64,000 bases of DNA, taken from assembly GCA_002478945.1 (NCBI GenBank), contig DLKM01000020.1, positions 16,335 to 80,334 of the forward strand. The letters run 5' to 3'. The translations under genes were made by a program, and so were the position numbers. Source of the stretch: Christensenella sp. UBA7588 (GTDB lineage Bacteria > Bacillota > Clostridia > Christensenellales > CAG-917). Below, piece by piece: positions 54,240-64,000 of this stretch; position 1 is the first letter of the stretch, and each line of letters starts with the position of its first letter. The notes under the pieces were generated by a model, which saw only the letters and a program-made list of their open reading frames with translations, ran no database searches and was not told the origin of the DNA.

Positions 54240-57200
54240 TTAGATTTCCGTAAGGAATTCGTAAGTGATTGTTATATTTGTTTCTGCCGCTGTGAATTGA
54301 AGGAACAGACTCGGGCAATTGCTGAGATCAACCAAGAATGGTCCACCGCTATCGGATGCAGAACCGAAGATTTGTTTGTTTGCTTCATCCCAGTTGCCAC
54401 CGATCCAAATCGGAGCAGTCAAAGACTCATAATTTTCAACTGCGATTCTTACGTATTTGTACTTTGCTTTGATTGCTTCAAGTTCATTGAAATACAATAT
54501 CAAACCTTCAACGCTTGTAACCGTGATGGAATTTTCACCTTGCGTGTAAGAGAATCCACCCCAAGAGTTTCTGTTTGCGTGGAAGTCTGCAAACTTGATA
54601 CTTGCAACACCTTCGTTGTCGAATCCAAGGCAAAGCGTCGAACCATTATTCATATTGTTTATATACTTAATAGTTCCGCTGTTCTCGTCAGACTCTAACG
54701 GACTTTGATCAGGTGCAGTGTAACCCCAAAGCATATTTCTGTTGTTTCCGCCTTGAACAATCCAAGTCAAATCAGAATACATCAAAGTTCTTTGAGATGC
54801 TTCGTTTCCTGTTGCATACTTTGCAAACCACGCTTCGTCGGAAGTTGCATATGCACCGTTTCCTGCGCTTACAGTGTCTAGAACATAGATTCCGTTTTCG
54901 TTTGCGATATAAACGTTGCTTGCGGATTTTGTCCAAGTGGTCGTTTCTTCGCTCTTGAAGAATTCGATTGCAGACACTGCAATATTAGACGACAAATTCG
55001 TGTTATTGATACTTACCGTCAAATAATCCGACGTATGTCCTTCCTTTTCAAATATCGAAAGGTCGATACGAATGTCCGCTTCATTTCCATTATATGTTTT
55101 CCAATAATAATTCCACGGATCGCCATTTGTTACCATTGTTATATTTCCGACTGTAGAACCGTCTTCAGCAACCGCAACGAGATGGAACTTCATATGCGTA
55201 TAACCTGCGAGCAATGCGTCGTCAATAAGGTTTCTTGCAATAGTGAAATTGCCGCCCTTGAAGTTTACAACGGCATTATTTTCACCCCAAGTATTTGTGC
55301 CGAATGCACCGATCTTGAAATAGTTGTAGAAACCGCCTTCGGATTTCATAATTGCTGCGAGTCTTGCTTCTGCTTCTGCAACAAGTTGTGCAAGGTTGGT
55401 CGTTGCAACTGTAACTTCGGTATCTTGTGTGATGTTGCTAATTGTGTAAACGTTGCCGTTTGCTTCAACCAATGCGCCGTTGTTTGCGGTTACGCTGTCA
55501 ATGCGATAGCCGTCTGCTGCAATGATAGTAAGGACTACGCTTGCGCCGTTAAGACTTTTTACGGGAAGATCTTCATCAACGGTAAAGCCTTCACCCTCAA
55601 CGGTAACGTTGTACTCAACGTCAGTAGTTGCGGTAGAGTGTACGCTTACGGTGATTGTAACGTCTTTTGTAACACCTGAAATCGTGTAGACGTCACCTTC
55701 GCGTGTGATTGTGACATTTTCATCGTCAGCCGTTACGTTATCGATTGCCCAATCGGTGTTTGCCGTGATTGTGAAGGAAACAGTGCTTCCCTCGTCAACT
55801 TGTTTGACGTATGCGTCTGCGGTATAAGAACCGGATTCGGTAAGCGTAACGTTGTGACGTGATTTGTGCGTCGTGACTTCCAATGCACCGTCCGTTGTAA
55901 CGTTGGAAACAGTGTAAACGTCGCCGTTTTTGGTTGCTTCCACTCCGCCGAACTTCACGGAATCGATTGTGTATCCGTCAATTGCTTTGATGGTGAAAGA
56001 TGCGCTTTCGCCTGCACCGATTTCAGTATATGCGTCGCCGGTAACCATGTAATCCCATCTGCTACCGATTGACACAAAGTGTTTGTCGTTTGCTTCTTCA
56101 AAACCTATGATTTCAATGTCAAGCGTGCAGTTTCTATTTTCATTATCACCGGTTCTGCCGACAATCGTCATAAAGTTGCCGTCTTCATTGAAGGTATAAT
56201 CTCCATAGTATTTGCTAAGGTCAAGTCTGAATGCAACGTCGTATCCGTTGTATGAGTTCCAATAGAAACTCCACTCAGGGGAAGACGTAAAGCAGATGTT
56301 ATCAATAATATTTTCTTCAACCGTGCTGTTTGCTCTGACGCGTATAACCATATACTTATAATCTGCTACCTTTGCGTCTTCAATGAGCGCCTTTTGGACA
56401 GTCACATTGCTTGACGTAAGTTTAACTACTTTATTGTCTGCGCCCCAAGTCGTCGCGCCCCAACCGCCGTGATTAAAATAATTCCAGAAGTTGCCTTCCG
56501 ATTGAGTAATGGCTGCAAGTTTTGCTCTTGCCTCTTTCTTTGCGATTTCTGCTTGTGCAGCGTCGTATTCTTCTTGTGTGTAATAGGTAAACGCTACGTT
56601 GATAGTGTCGTCAGCAGTTTTACCTAGTCCACCTTCTGTATCAACTTTGGAGAGCGCAACTTGTTTTTCATCGGTAAGTGCAAACAAGACTGTTTGACCT
56701 GAGCCGAGATTGGTAAATTCAACGTTTTTCTCTTGTGCAGCATCGTAGTATTGATATATAAACGCCTCGCCGTCCTTCGTTGTGAACGTGGGAGCAATCT
56801 CGATATATCTTACGCCGTCTGCATAAAGTTTTGATACATATACTGTGGAGAGCGCAGGAGTGTTTGTCCACCAGTTATTGCCTGCGGGAACAACGACTTT
56901 TGCATTTGTGATGCGGGTTTGTTCGTCGTTGTAGGTCAATTCGACCGATTCGGCATAACCTTTTGTGAAGTTGGGATCTTCAACGTATTCTTCGTGATAT
57001 TCAAAACCAACCGACGTCACTTCGACTTTACCGTCAAAGTTTCTAAGAATAAACGTCGCCGTGCCGTTTTCTTCGATACGGAGTTTCATCGTATATTCTT
57101 TGCCGGTTTCCGGTGTAACACCAGCATAGTTTACGGGATGCGTTGCTTCCGTAATGTAATCAATGCCCTTCACGTACCAGATGCCTCTGCCGTATCCTTC

Positions 57201-59255
57201 GGCGGTAGCATTGTTTGTGCCTTGATCCAAAACTTTAAGGGTTACGACAACGATGTTGTTTTCACCTTTGTTTGCGGAAATGTAGTCTGCGGAAAGAACC
57301 GGGTTTGCATCTTTATATGATTCACCTTCTACATACACACCACTCAAAGCGATTTTGCCGTCTTTGGTTGCGCTGACAGTTGCACCGCTCCAACCATAGT
57401 TGTTGACAAGAACGAGAGAATACTCTTTTGTGTATTCGGTCAATTCTTCATTATTACGGTAGAATTTGATTGTGTAGGTGTAAGAACCTGCCACAGTCGG
57501 GTTTGCCGTGAATTCATCATTGCCAAGGAAACACTTGACCGTGATTGCTTGTGCGCTGTTTGCACTCTTCACTGCCGTGGGAAGAACGAATTCATCACCG
57601 ACAAGATATGCGAGTTCGGTCACGTCGGAAGTCGTGAACGCAGGTGCTTGATTGTCCGTAAGCGTGAGAGTCACGACTTTGAAAGTATCTTCAAACACGA
57701 GAACGAATGTGTGTTCGCCAAGTTCAAGACTTGCAAGGTAAGATGCCGCAAAGAAAGTGCCTTCTTTGTCAGAATTCCAAGACGCTTGTGCGGTTGTAAC
57801 TGCAATAAGACCATTTTCGGAATCATATTTGAAAAGGTCGAAGTCAACGCCTGCTTCATATGCTGCGAGCATAACGGAAGTGTTTGCAAGGTCGATATTC
57901 ATTGTCGGTGCAACTTCAATTGACGTTGAACCTGTAATTATGATTTGGACAGTTTCTTCTGCAACGTTGCCCATCTTGTCCGTTGCCGTGAAGGTCACGT
58001 CGTAGGATTGAATGTCATAGAAGCCGTAAGCGTTCTTTGCAGGAACTGTTGCCGCTTTGACGTTGACATCCAGTGCCTTGTTCAAGGAGTCAACTGCGCT
58101 GATTTTGCCAACCAACGTATTGATAAATGCGTTAATGTCAAGATTTTCAGACCAAGCAACCGCCTTGATTGCATTGCTTGCAACCGTAATCGTGGGTTCG
58201 CCGTAGATGTTCACCGTTGCGGTTTCAGTTACGGTTTCGTGTCCGACAAGTTTGTAAGTGATTGTGTAAGAGCCTGCTCTTGTGAAGTCAACTGCGCTCA
58301 AATCTGCACTTACTTCGCAAGTTGCATTTTGATAAACGCCCGAAACGCCAGTCATATAATATGCAGCCGCTTTTTGTGCGTCGGTGATGTCTGCCAATTT
58401 AAGGTCGTAAACTCTCGTGGTTACGGAAACGTAATCTTGAAGTTTGACAACGTTTTCAACCGTGATAACGACGTTTGCAGTAACGTTTGCAACGGTGTAT
58501 GTTCCGTTGACGCCAGTCAAAGTAACGTCGCCGTTCTTCACCACTGCGTCTTTAACGGAGTAGCCTGCCGCAGCATAAACGGTGAACGTGTAATCTTCGC
58601 CGTAAACTGCTTCGCTTTCACCTTCAACAGCATAACCTTCACCTGTGGGAAGCGTAACGCTGAATTTGATTTTTGCAATCGTTGCGGTCAAAGTGATATT
58701 GCTTTGAACGTTGTTGATTGTATAAGAAACGACGTTGCCGTCAGTTGACGTTGCCGTCAAAGTTGCTTCTCCGTTTTTCACAACCAACGTGCTTACGTCA
58801 TAACCCGTTGCAACCGTAACGGTGAAAGTATAATTGCTTCCTGCCGTAACCGTCGTTTCGCCCGATGCCGTAAAGCCGTTTCCGCTCGGCAAAGTCACCG
58901 TGTAAGTGTCCGGTGCGTTTTTCTTCACTCCCGTAACGGTAATAACGAGATTGCCGCTTACAGAGTTCACAACGTACGCATTGCCGGTCTTAACAACCGT
59001 GTTGCCGTTTACTTTTACCACCATATCGGTTCCGTTATAGCCGTTTGCGATGTTGACTTGGAAGGAATAATCTTCTCCTTCTTTTACACTCGCCGCACCA
59101 ACTACGGTATAGCCTTCACCACCGGATGGAATCGATACAGAATACGTGGCTTTCTCGTCTTGCGGCGGAACATCGTTGTTGTTGCACGCTGCCAAACCGA
59201 GAGTGAGAACCAACACTATTGCTATAACGATCAAAAGTGCGCTGTTCCTTTTCAT
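54240..59255 (-). CDS. giant (~1670 aa) surface lipoprotein with many Ig-like/beta-sandwich repeats
   Basis: ATG at 59255 after AAGGAGA. Lipobox LGLAAC. About 80-aa repeats (TYTVTLPSGNGFTASGETTVTAGSNYTFTVTVATGY...) occur in two clusters, plus a duplicated ~250-aa module (KEARAKLAAITQSEGNFWNYF... / AEARLAAIMKSEGGFYNYF...). Confidence 0.7.
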   Translation of the reverse strand: MKRNSALLIVIAIVLVLTLGLAACNNNDVPPQDEKATYSVSIPSGGEGYTVVGAASVKEGEDYSFQVNIANGYNGTDMVVKVNGNTVVKTGNAYVVNSVSGNLVITVTGVKKNAPDTYTVTLPSGNGFTASGETTVTAGSNYTFTVTVATGYDVSTLVVKNGEATLTATSTDGNVVSYTINNVQSNITLTATIAKIKFSVTLPTGEGYAVEGESEAVYGEDYTFTVYAAAGYSVKDAVVKNGDVTLTGVNGTYTVANVTANVVITVENVVKLQDYVSVTTRVYDLKLADITDAQKAAAYYMTGVSGVYQNATCEVSADLSAVDFTRAGSYTITYKLVGHETVTETATVNIYGEPTITVASNAIKAVAWSENLDINAFINTLVGKISAVDSLNKALDVNVKAATVPAKNAYGFYDIQSYDVTFTATDKMGNVAEETVQIIITGSTSIEVAPTMNIDLANTSVMLAAYEAGVDFDLFKYDSENGLIAVTTAQASWNSDKEGTFFAASYLASLELGEHTFVLVFEDTFKVVTLTLTDNQAPAFTTSDVTELAYLVGDEFVLPTAVKSANSAQAITVKCFLGNDEFTANPTVAGSYTYTIKFYRNNEELTEYTKEYSLVLVNNYGWSGATVSATKDGKIALSGVYVEGESYKDANPVLSADYISANKGENNIVVVTLKVLDQGTNNATAEGYGRGIWYVKGIDYITEATHPVNYAGVTPETGKEYTMKLRIEENGTATFILRNFDGKVEVTSVGFEYHEEYVEDPNFTKGYAESVELTYNDEQTRITNAKVVVPAGNNWWTNTPALSTVYVSKLYADGVRYIEIAPTFTTKDGEAFIYQYYDAAQEKNVEFTNLGSGQTVLFALTDEKQVALSKVDTEGGLGKTADDTINVAFTYYTQEEYDAAQAEIAKKEARAKLAAITQSEGNFWNYFNHGGWGATTWGADNKVVKLTSSNVTVQKALIEDAKVADYKYMVIRVRANSTVEENIIDNICFTSSPEWSFYWNSYNGYDVAFRLDLSKYYGDYTFNEDGNFMTIVGRTGDNENRNCTLDIEIIGFEEANDKHFVSIGSRWDYMVTGDAYTEIGAGESASFTIKAIDGYTIDSVKFGGVEATKNGDVYTVSNVTTDGALEVTTHKSRHNVTLTESGSYTADAYVKQVDEGSTVSFTITANTDWAIDNVTADDENVTITREGDVYTISGVTKDVTITVSVHSTATTDVEYNVTVEGEGFTVDEDLPVKSLNGASVVLTIIAADGYRIDSVTANNGALVEANGNVYTISNITQDTEVTVATTNLAQLVAEAEARLAAIMKSEGGFYNYFKIGAFGTNTWGENNAVVNFKGGNFTIARNLIDDALLAGYTHMKFHLVAVAEDGSTVGNITMVTNGDPWNYYWKTYNGNEADIRIDLSIFEKEGHTSDYLTVSINNTNLSSNIAVSAIEFFKSEETTTWTKSASNVYIANENGIYVLDTVSAGNGAYATSDEAWFAKYATGNEASQRTLMYSDLTWIVQGGNNRNMLWGYTAPDQSPLESDENSGTIKYINNMNNGSTLCLGFDNEGVASIKFADFHANRNSWGGFSYTQGENSITVTSVEGLILYFNELEAIKAKYKYVRIAVENYESLTAPIWIGGNWDEANKQIFGSASDSGGPFLVDLSNCPSLFLQFTAAETNITITYEFLTEI

Positions 59256-59596
59256 AATAATCTCCTTTATCTGGATTTTTTTGTTTTCTATATAGTATCT
59301 CAAAACAAGAGATTTATATATTATTATACAGTAATATCATAATTCATTTCTGGCAAGAGTTAAATAATAAATCGTGCCAAAACAATGACAAATACTGCAT
59401 ATAGAATAAAAATTTGACACTTGATTTATAAATTTGCAAAAACTTGCAAAAATCGGAGTTGTCGGACACACTGAATAATAAAACTAATAAGTCTTTTTAC
59501 AAAAACGCGCATTATTGATTATCAATCAGGATGAATAGATACTTGAAAACGTCTGTTTTTAGTGATAATATTATAAAAAAAACAGGTGGTCAAAAT

Positions 59597-59953
59597 ATGA
59601 GCAAAAACGAAATACAAATTTTTGAATACAACGGCGAAGATTATCGCCCCGTTATGAACTTTGAACAATGGCGCGTTGCATTTCTCAATTACAGCGAAAA
59701 ACAAGCGGAAAGCAACGTATTTCAAATCGAAAGACATCTCAAAACCGACGAAGTTTTCGTTCTTTTGCAAGGCACGGCAACGCTCATCATCGGTGAAGAT
59801 TTGGCACGCGTTCATATGGAATATAACAAGGTTTACAACGTCCCGAAAGGAGTTTGGCATTGTGTGTTTATGAGCAAAGACGCAAAAATCCTAATTATCG
59901 AGAATGACGATACTTCCGTCGAAAACGGAGAATACAAAACTATCGTTCGCTGA
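59597..59953 (+). CDS. small cupin-domain protein
   Basis: ATG at 59597 after AGGTGG. ERHLKTDEVFVLLQGTATLII...VPKGVWHCV is cupin-like. Confidence 0.55.
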   Translation: MSKNEIQIFEYNGEDYRPVMNFEQWRVAFLNYSEKQAESNVFQIERHLKTDEVFVLLQGTATLIIGEDLARVHMEYNKVYNVPKGVWHCVFMSKDAKILIIENDDTSVENGEYKTIVR

Positions 59954-59982
59954 CAATCAACATTTATCAAAAAGGGATTATT

Positions 59983-60642
59983 ATGACCGAAAACGAAAAG
60001 ATGCTTGCAGGCAAAATTTATGACCCGTTCGGCGGTGATATGGTCGAAAGACGCAGAAAAGCCCACGACCTATGCTCGAAATATAATCAAACTTTGGAAA
60101 GCGACGAATCTGCTCGCAATGAAATTCTTGACGAACTCATACCCAACCGTGCAGAAGGCGTTTATCTTCAAGGCCCGATTTATTTCGATTTCGGCACGAA
60201 TACGACTTTTGGAGAACGCAGTTATGCAAACTTCAACTTCACCGTTCTCGACATCTGCCCCGTAACAATCGGACACGACGTGTTTTTCGGTCCGAACGTT
60301 TCGCTGCTCACTCCCCTTCATCCGCTTTGCCATCAAGACAGAAATCCATATTTCGACAAAGCGAAAGGTTATCAAACCGAAAGAGAGTACGGCGCACCGA
60401 TTACAATAGGTGATAATTGCTGGATTTGCGGAAATGTTACGATTTGTGCAGGCGTAACAATCGGAGAAGGTTGCGTAATAGGCGCAGGAAGCGTCGTTAC
60501 GAGAGATATTCCCAAAAACAGTTTGGCAGTAGGAAATCCGTGCAGAGTTTTGAGAACTATCACCGATGCCGACAGACTTAAAAATCATCCCGAACTTTTC
60601 GCCGACAACGATTACGACGAGATGTTAAAAGAAACGAATTAA
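59983..60642 (+). CDS. maa: maltose/galactoside O-acetyltransferase (hexapeptide-repeat)
   Basis: MLAGKIYDP start (Mac domain) and left-handed beta-helix repeats (IGDNCWICGNVTICAGVTIGEGCVIGAGSVV). Confidence 0.8.
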   Translation: MTENEKMLAGKIYDPFGGDMVERRRKAHDLCSKYNQTLESDESARNEILDELIPNRAEGVYLQGPIYFDFGTNTTFGERSYANFNFTVLDICPVTIGHDVFFGPNVSLLTPLHPLCHQDRNPYFDKAKGYQTEREYGAPITIGDNCWICGNVTICAGVTIGEGCVIGAGSVVTRDIPKNSLAVGNPCRVLRTITDADRLKNHPELFADNDYDEMLKETN

Positions 60643-60682
60643 AGTTTTGAGTTTTAACTCAGCCTCATAATTTCTTCCTAAG

Positions 60683-60715
60683 AAAAAGCGCAAACCAAAT
60701 CGGCTTGCGCTTTTT
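60683..60715. terminator. bidirectional rho-independent terminator
   Basis: AAGCGCAA-accaaatcggc-TTGCGCTT with A/T-run flanks, between convergent maa and nagA. Confidence 0.75.
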
Positions 60716-60739
60716 CCAAAGAATATGATAAGGGGAAAA

Positions 60740-61960
60740 TTATGAGCGATTATTTATATTTTTGCGTTGTCCGAAAAGCGTTGCAAGTACGTTGCCCTTT
60801 TCGTCTATAACGTTGTAGTCCGCCTGCTCTCCTATGTCAAATTTAGGCACATAATAGTCCACATATTTGCGTGGAGATTCCGCCGCCATATAGACTGCTT
60901 GTTCCAGTTCAACGCCATAAGACAATACGTTACGCACCATTTGGTCAATGCTTGTCACGCTTCCTGCCAAAGCCGACATGTCCGCAAGATAGCACACTTT
61001 TCCGTCCGTCACAACGTCTTCTTCACCGAGTTTGTATTTGCCGTTTGGCATACCCGCGCACGACAAACTATCGGAAATCAAACATATTCGTCTGTACGTC
61101 TTGCATTTGAGAATAAATTCAAATAACAACTGCGAAATATGCTTATTGTCGGCAATCACTTCAACGGTCAAGTCGTCAAACGACAAACCGCATTCCGTCA
61201 TCCCGAGAACTCTGTCAAAATTCTCATCGCGACGAGAAGTCGAGCAAGCGCAGAATATATGAGTTACGCCGTCAAGACCTTCTTTCATACATTCTCTTAT
61301 TTGTTTATCGTTGCTGTCATCGTGACCGCCCTGCACTTTCACTCCGTTTTCTTTCAGATACTGCACAAGCGGTAACACGTTGCGAGTTGCGGGACAAAGC
61401 GTGACTATTTCGAGTTTATCTTTTATCCAATCCAAAACATTCAAATCTGCCTCTGCAAATTCGGTGCGTATGTTTTCAAGCGGTTGCGCGCCTTTCTTTT
61501 TAGGACTGATATACGGCCCTTCGATATGTGCGCCCAAGAACACCGCGCCCGACGGATTGAACGAATACAGCGAATCAATTTGTTTTTCAAGCACTTCGAG
61601 CGGAGTCGCGACAAACGTCGGACACACGTGGGTAATGCCGTGAGAAAAATAGTATTGACTTACCTTATCGACTTTTTCTTGATCGACAGACGAAAAATCA
61701 ACTCCCATCGCGCCGTGCGTATGAATATCGACATACGCTGGACAAACGTAAAGTCCCGTGTCAACTATTGACTTCGTGATAGATTTCAAACGTCCCGATT
61801 CAATTACGACATCGTAACTATCTTTCGATATTTTTCCGTTTGAGATAGTTTTTACGCCGTAAAGTTTTGACGTCTTTTCGTCTTGTTGTATTACCTTTTC
61901 CACTTTTCTCTCCGTAACCAAATGCGTATTTTTAGATATACATTTGCTCTGTTTCGACAA
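60740..61960 (-). CDS. nagA: N-acetylglucosamine-6-phosphate deacetylase
   Basis: VDIHTHGAMG, GAHIEGPYIS and amidohydrolase-fold motifs. The N-terminal ~30 aa are atypical, and the true start may be the internal GTG near 61903. Confidence 0.8.
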   Translation of the reverse strand: MSKQSKCISKNTHLVTERKVEKVIQQDEKTSKLYGVKTISNGKISKDSYDVVIESGRLKSITKSIVDTGLYVCPAYVDIHTHGAMGVDFSSVDQEKVDKVSQYYFSHGITHVCPTFVATPLEVLEKQIDSLYSFNPSGAVFLGAHIEGPYISPKKKGAQPLENIRTEFAEADLNVLDWIKDKLEIVTLCPATRNVLPLVQYLKENGVKVQGGHDDSNDKQIRECMKEGLDGVTHIFCACSTSRRDENFDRVLGMTECGLSFDDLTVEVIADNKHISQLLFEFILKCKTYRRICLISDSLSCAGMPNGKYKLGEEDVVTDGKVCYLADMSALAGSVTSIDQMVRNVLSYGVELEQAVYMAAESPRKYVDYYVPKFDIGEQADYNVIDEKGNVLATLFGQRKNINNRS

Positions 61961-64000
61961 GCGTGTCGTTGTTGTAGATGAGAGTTTTTACTTCGCATTT
62001 GCCAAACTTAACGTCTATCGTTGCGCCACCGCATTTGATAGTTGCACATTCACTGTCTTCACTGTTGTTGAACAGTCTGAAAATATAGCCGTCTTTTTGC
62101 ACCGACTTTCTTATTGTTTCGGTGGAAATACGTTCATTCGAGCATTCGATTGTCAAACCGTTGTCGCACTTGGTATCGATTGTCGGGAAGATATTGAGCG
62201 CATACGGCACTTCGACGAATTCGTTTGCGTTGTGTTTGAGTGTGTTCTTTTCGACAACGTCAAGTCTGAACGAGAAATCTCTTTGACCTTGATCGACTTT
62301 GCCGATAAAGATACCTTCACGCAACAGCGGTCTGTTCGGAACGGGGTGAGCGCAATAAGTTGCCGTCTTTACGAGCGTCAATCTAATTTCACCGTCTTTG
62401 TAAGACGAACCGTAAGTTGACGGTGTAATGATTTGCAAGCACTTTCCGTCATCCTCGTTGAGCCACACGTAATCGTGTGCAATGCACTCTCTTCCGTCTT
62501 CAAACAGTTTTTCAGCACCAAACATTTGCTCGCCCGAATAATCTTTGCCGACAACGGGAACGTGAAGTTTGATTGCCTTGCTTGCTTCGTTCGGGAACAG
62601 AGTGACGTCAACGTCAACCTTCGTTCCTTTCTTGTAAATCTTATAGCCTATGCGAAGTCTTGTAAGACCTTTCCCGAAAAATGCTTCCGCTTCGAGATAC
62701 ATATCGCCGTCTTCAATAACTTCAAACGATTTCAAGCCATCGAAAACGCCGTCCGGATTTGCAAGCAATTCAAATGCTTCGGGATCATCTCCGACCCAAG
62801 GTTGATTCATACCCCACGGATCAGGCGTGTCTTCATACATAAACGGTTGGAACATCTTGCCCGTGGCGTATTCTTTTCCGTTCACGACATAACTTTCGAT
62901 AAGTCCCGTTTTTGCACTGATAACGACTTTCTTTTCGCCGTTGTCAAAGACAATGTCTTTGTTCGCTTCGTACACAGGTTTCTTTCTAACTACGGTTTTT
63001 GCCGTAAATCTATTGATTGAAAGCGGTTTCAAGTCTGCCTCGAATACGACGCGTTTGCGCCAGTCGATGCTGATATTGCTCGACTCTTTCACGTTTTGCG
63101 AAGAAAGCAAATTGCCGTCTTCATCGTATATTTCGAGATAAGACAGTTCTTCTTCGTAATAATCGGTCGGAATTATAGACAAATCGCAAGTAACGAGTTG
63201 TTTTCCGCCGTAAGTTTTCGGATTGAAAACCATAATCGGATACGTGTCAGGCTCTGCGACTTTTTGTCCTTTGCACAATGCGAAAAATGCGTTTGCGCGC
63301 ACTTGATTGAGAAGATGCAAGCCGTGATTGATATAGGTAAATCCGTTATCTTCGCCTGCTTTTATCATATCGCCGGGAAGAATGTCGTGGAACTGCACGT
63401 TGAGCATATCTTCCGTAACCTCTTCAAATATCTTCGTCGGATATTCCATTGCGCCTTTAAGGGACGCAATACTTGCGATTTTCTCAGTGAAATAGATTTG
63501 TCTTTCAAGTTCGCGATATTTTTGTTTAAGTCCCGCCATAGACGTATAGCAACCGACCATACAAGGAATGATAGACTCCGCAAACACTTCCGTAGGATTG
63601 ACGTCAGCAAAGAATCCTTCGGGCGTTGAATATTTGATTTCGATATCGCTCGAATCTATAAGTTTTTGCACGTCTTCCAAGTCTTTTGCAGACGGACCGC
63701 CGCCGTGATTGCCTACGCCCCACGGAGAAATGCTGACATCTTCTTCTTTGCGACGAGAAATATCCGTTTCGATTTTCTCTCTTGCGTGTCCGAGCGGAGA
63801 GTTATATTCTGTTACGCGAACGCCTTTAACCTTGCTGCCGTCGTATCCTTCCCATACGAAACACTCGCTCGGCAAATCAAGTTGCGGATACGGCATATGT
63901 TTTCCGTAAGGACGCATAAACATATAACTGTCTTGTCCGCATTTTGTGAGAATTTGCACGAGTCCGCGAGAATGTCCGAACGGATCGAAGTTGACCGCAG
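61932..64000 (-). CDS. GH38 alpha-mannosidase, C-terminal ~690 aa (gene runs off the right edge)
   Basis: The reading frame continues upstream of the track Met: ...AVNFDPFGHSRGLVQILTKCGQDSYMFMRP contains the GH38 DPFGHS motif. Long C-terminal beta-rich domains follow. Confidence 0.8.
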   Translation of the reverse strand, partial: AVNFDPFGHSRGLVQILTKCGQDSYMFMRPYGKHMPYPQLDLPSECFVWEGYDGSKVKGVRVTEYNSPLGHAREKIETDISRRKEEDVSISPWGVGNHGGGPSAKDLEDVQKLIDSSDIEIKYSTPEGFFADVNPTEVFAESIIPCMVGCYTSMAGLKQKYRELERQIYFTEKIASIASLKGAMEYPTKIFEEVTEDMLNVQFHDILPGDMIKAGEDNGFTYINHGLHLLNQVRANAFFALCKGQKVAEPDTYPIMVFNPKTYGGKQLVTCDLSIIPTDYYEEELSYLEIYDEDGNLLSSQNVKESSNISIDWRKRVVFEADLKPLSINRFTAKTVVRKKPVYEANKDIVFDNGEKKVVISAKTGLIESYVVNGKEYATGKMFQPFMYEDTPDPWGMNQPWVGDDPEAFELLANPDGVFDGLKSFEVIEDGDMYLEAEAFFGKGLTRLRIGYKIYKKGTKVDVDVTLFPNEASKAIKLHVPVVGKDYSGEQMFGAEKLFEDGRECIAHDYVWLNEDDGKCLQIITPSTYGSSYKDGEIRLTLVKTATYCAHPVPNRPLLREGIFIGKVDQGQRDFSFRLDVVEKNTLKHNANEFVEVPYALNIFPTIDTKCDNGLTIECSNERISTETIRKSVQKDGYIFRLFNNSEDSECATIKCGGATIDVKFGKCEVKTLIYNNDTLVETEQMYI

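Overview
64-kb window from a Bacillota (Firmicutes)-like chromosome, judged from GGAGG Shine-Dalgarno sites, lipoboxes and tightly coupled operons. No rRNA, tRNA or CRISPR array was seen. Left core (1-22.3 kb): a minus-strand hexuronate operon (uxaC-uxuA-SDR-eda-kdgK plus a TIM-barrel isomerase, a Gfo/Idh/MocA oxidoreductase and a GPH transporter), an AraC regulator, an XRE/cupin regulator with potABCD, a CDF transporter, yhbY, a GH2 enzyme and thyA-folA. Right core (37.4-64 kb): rhaD-rhaA-rhaB with a GH78 rhamnosidase, then a glycan-use cluster (GH20, nagB, PMI, sugar kinase, MsmK-like ATPase, two giant lipoproteins, nagA, GH38). Between convergent folA and rhaD lies a visibly AT-richer ~15-kb accessory island (about 22.3-37.3 kb) in which I found no recombinase. 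Its minus-strand half carries defence-like modules: a CorA-like membrane protein, an ECF sigma/secreted cysteine peptidase/membrane protein trio, a non-housekeeping RNase III coupled to a 54-aa Asn/Gln-rich peptide, a BRO-N-Fic fusion and a HEPN-like protein. The RNase III has a long structured leader and is flanked by GC-rich hairpin repeats. The plus-strand half looks like a conjugative-element leading region: ArdA, a PcfK-like/MutS-domain-I fusion, PcfJ-like and several small acidic unknowns. The RNase III/peptide/leader/repeat cassette is my best candidate for an undescribed system. All family assignments come from motif recognition by eye; no searches were run.
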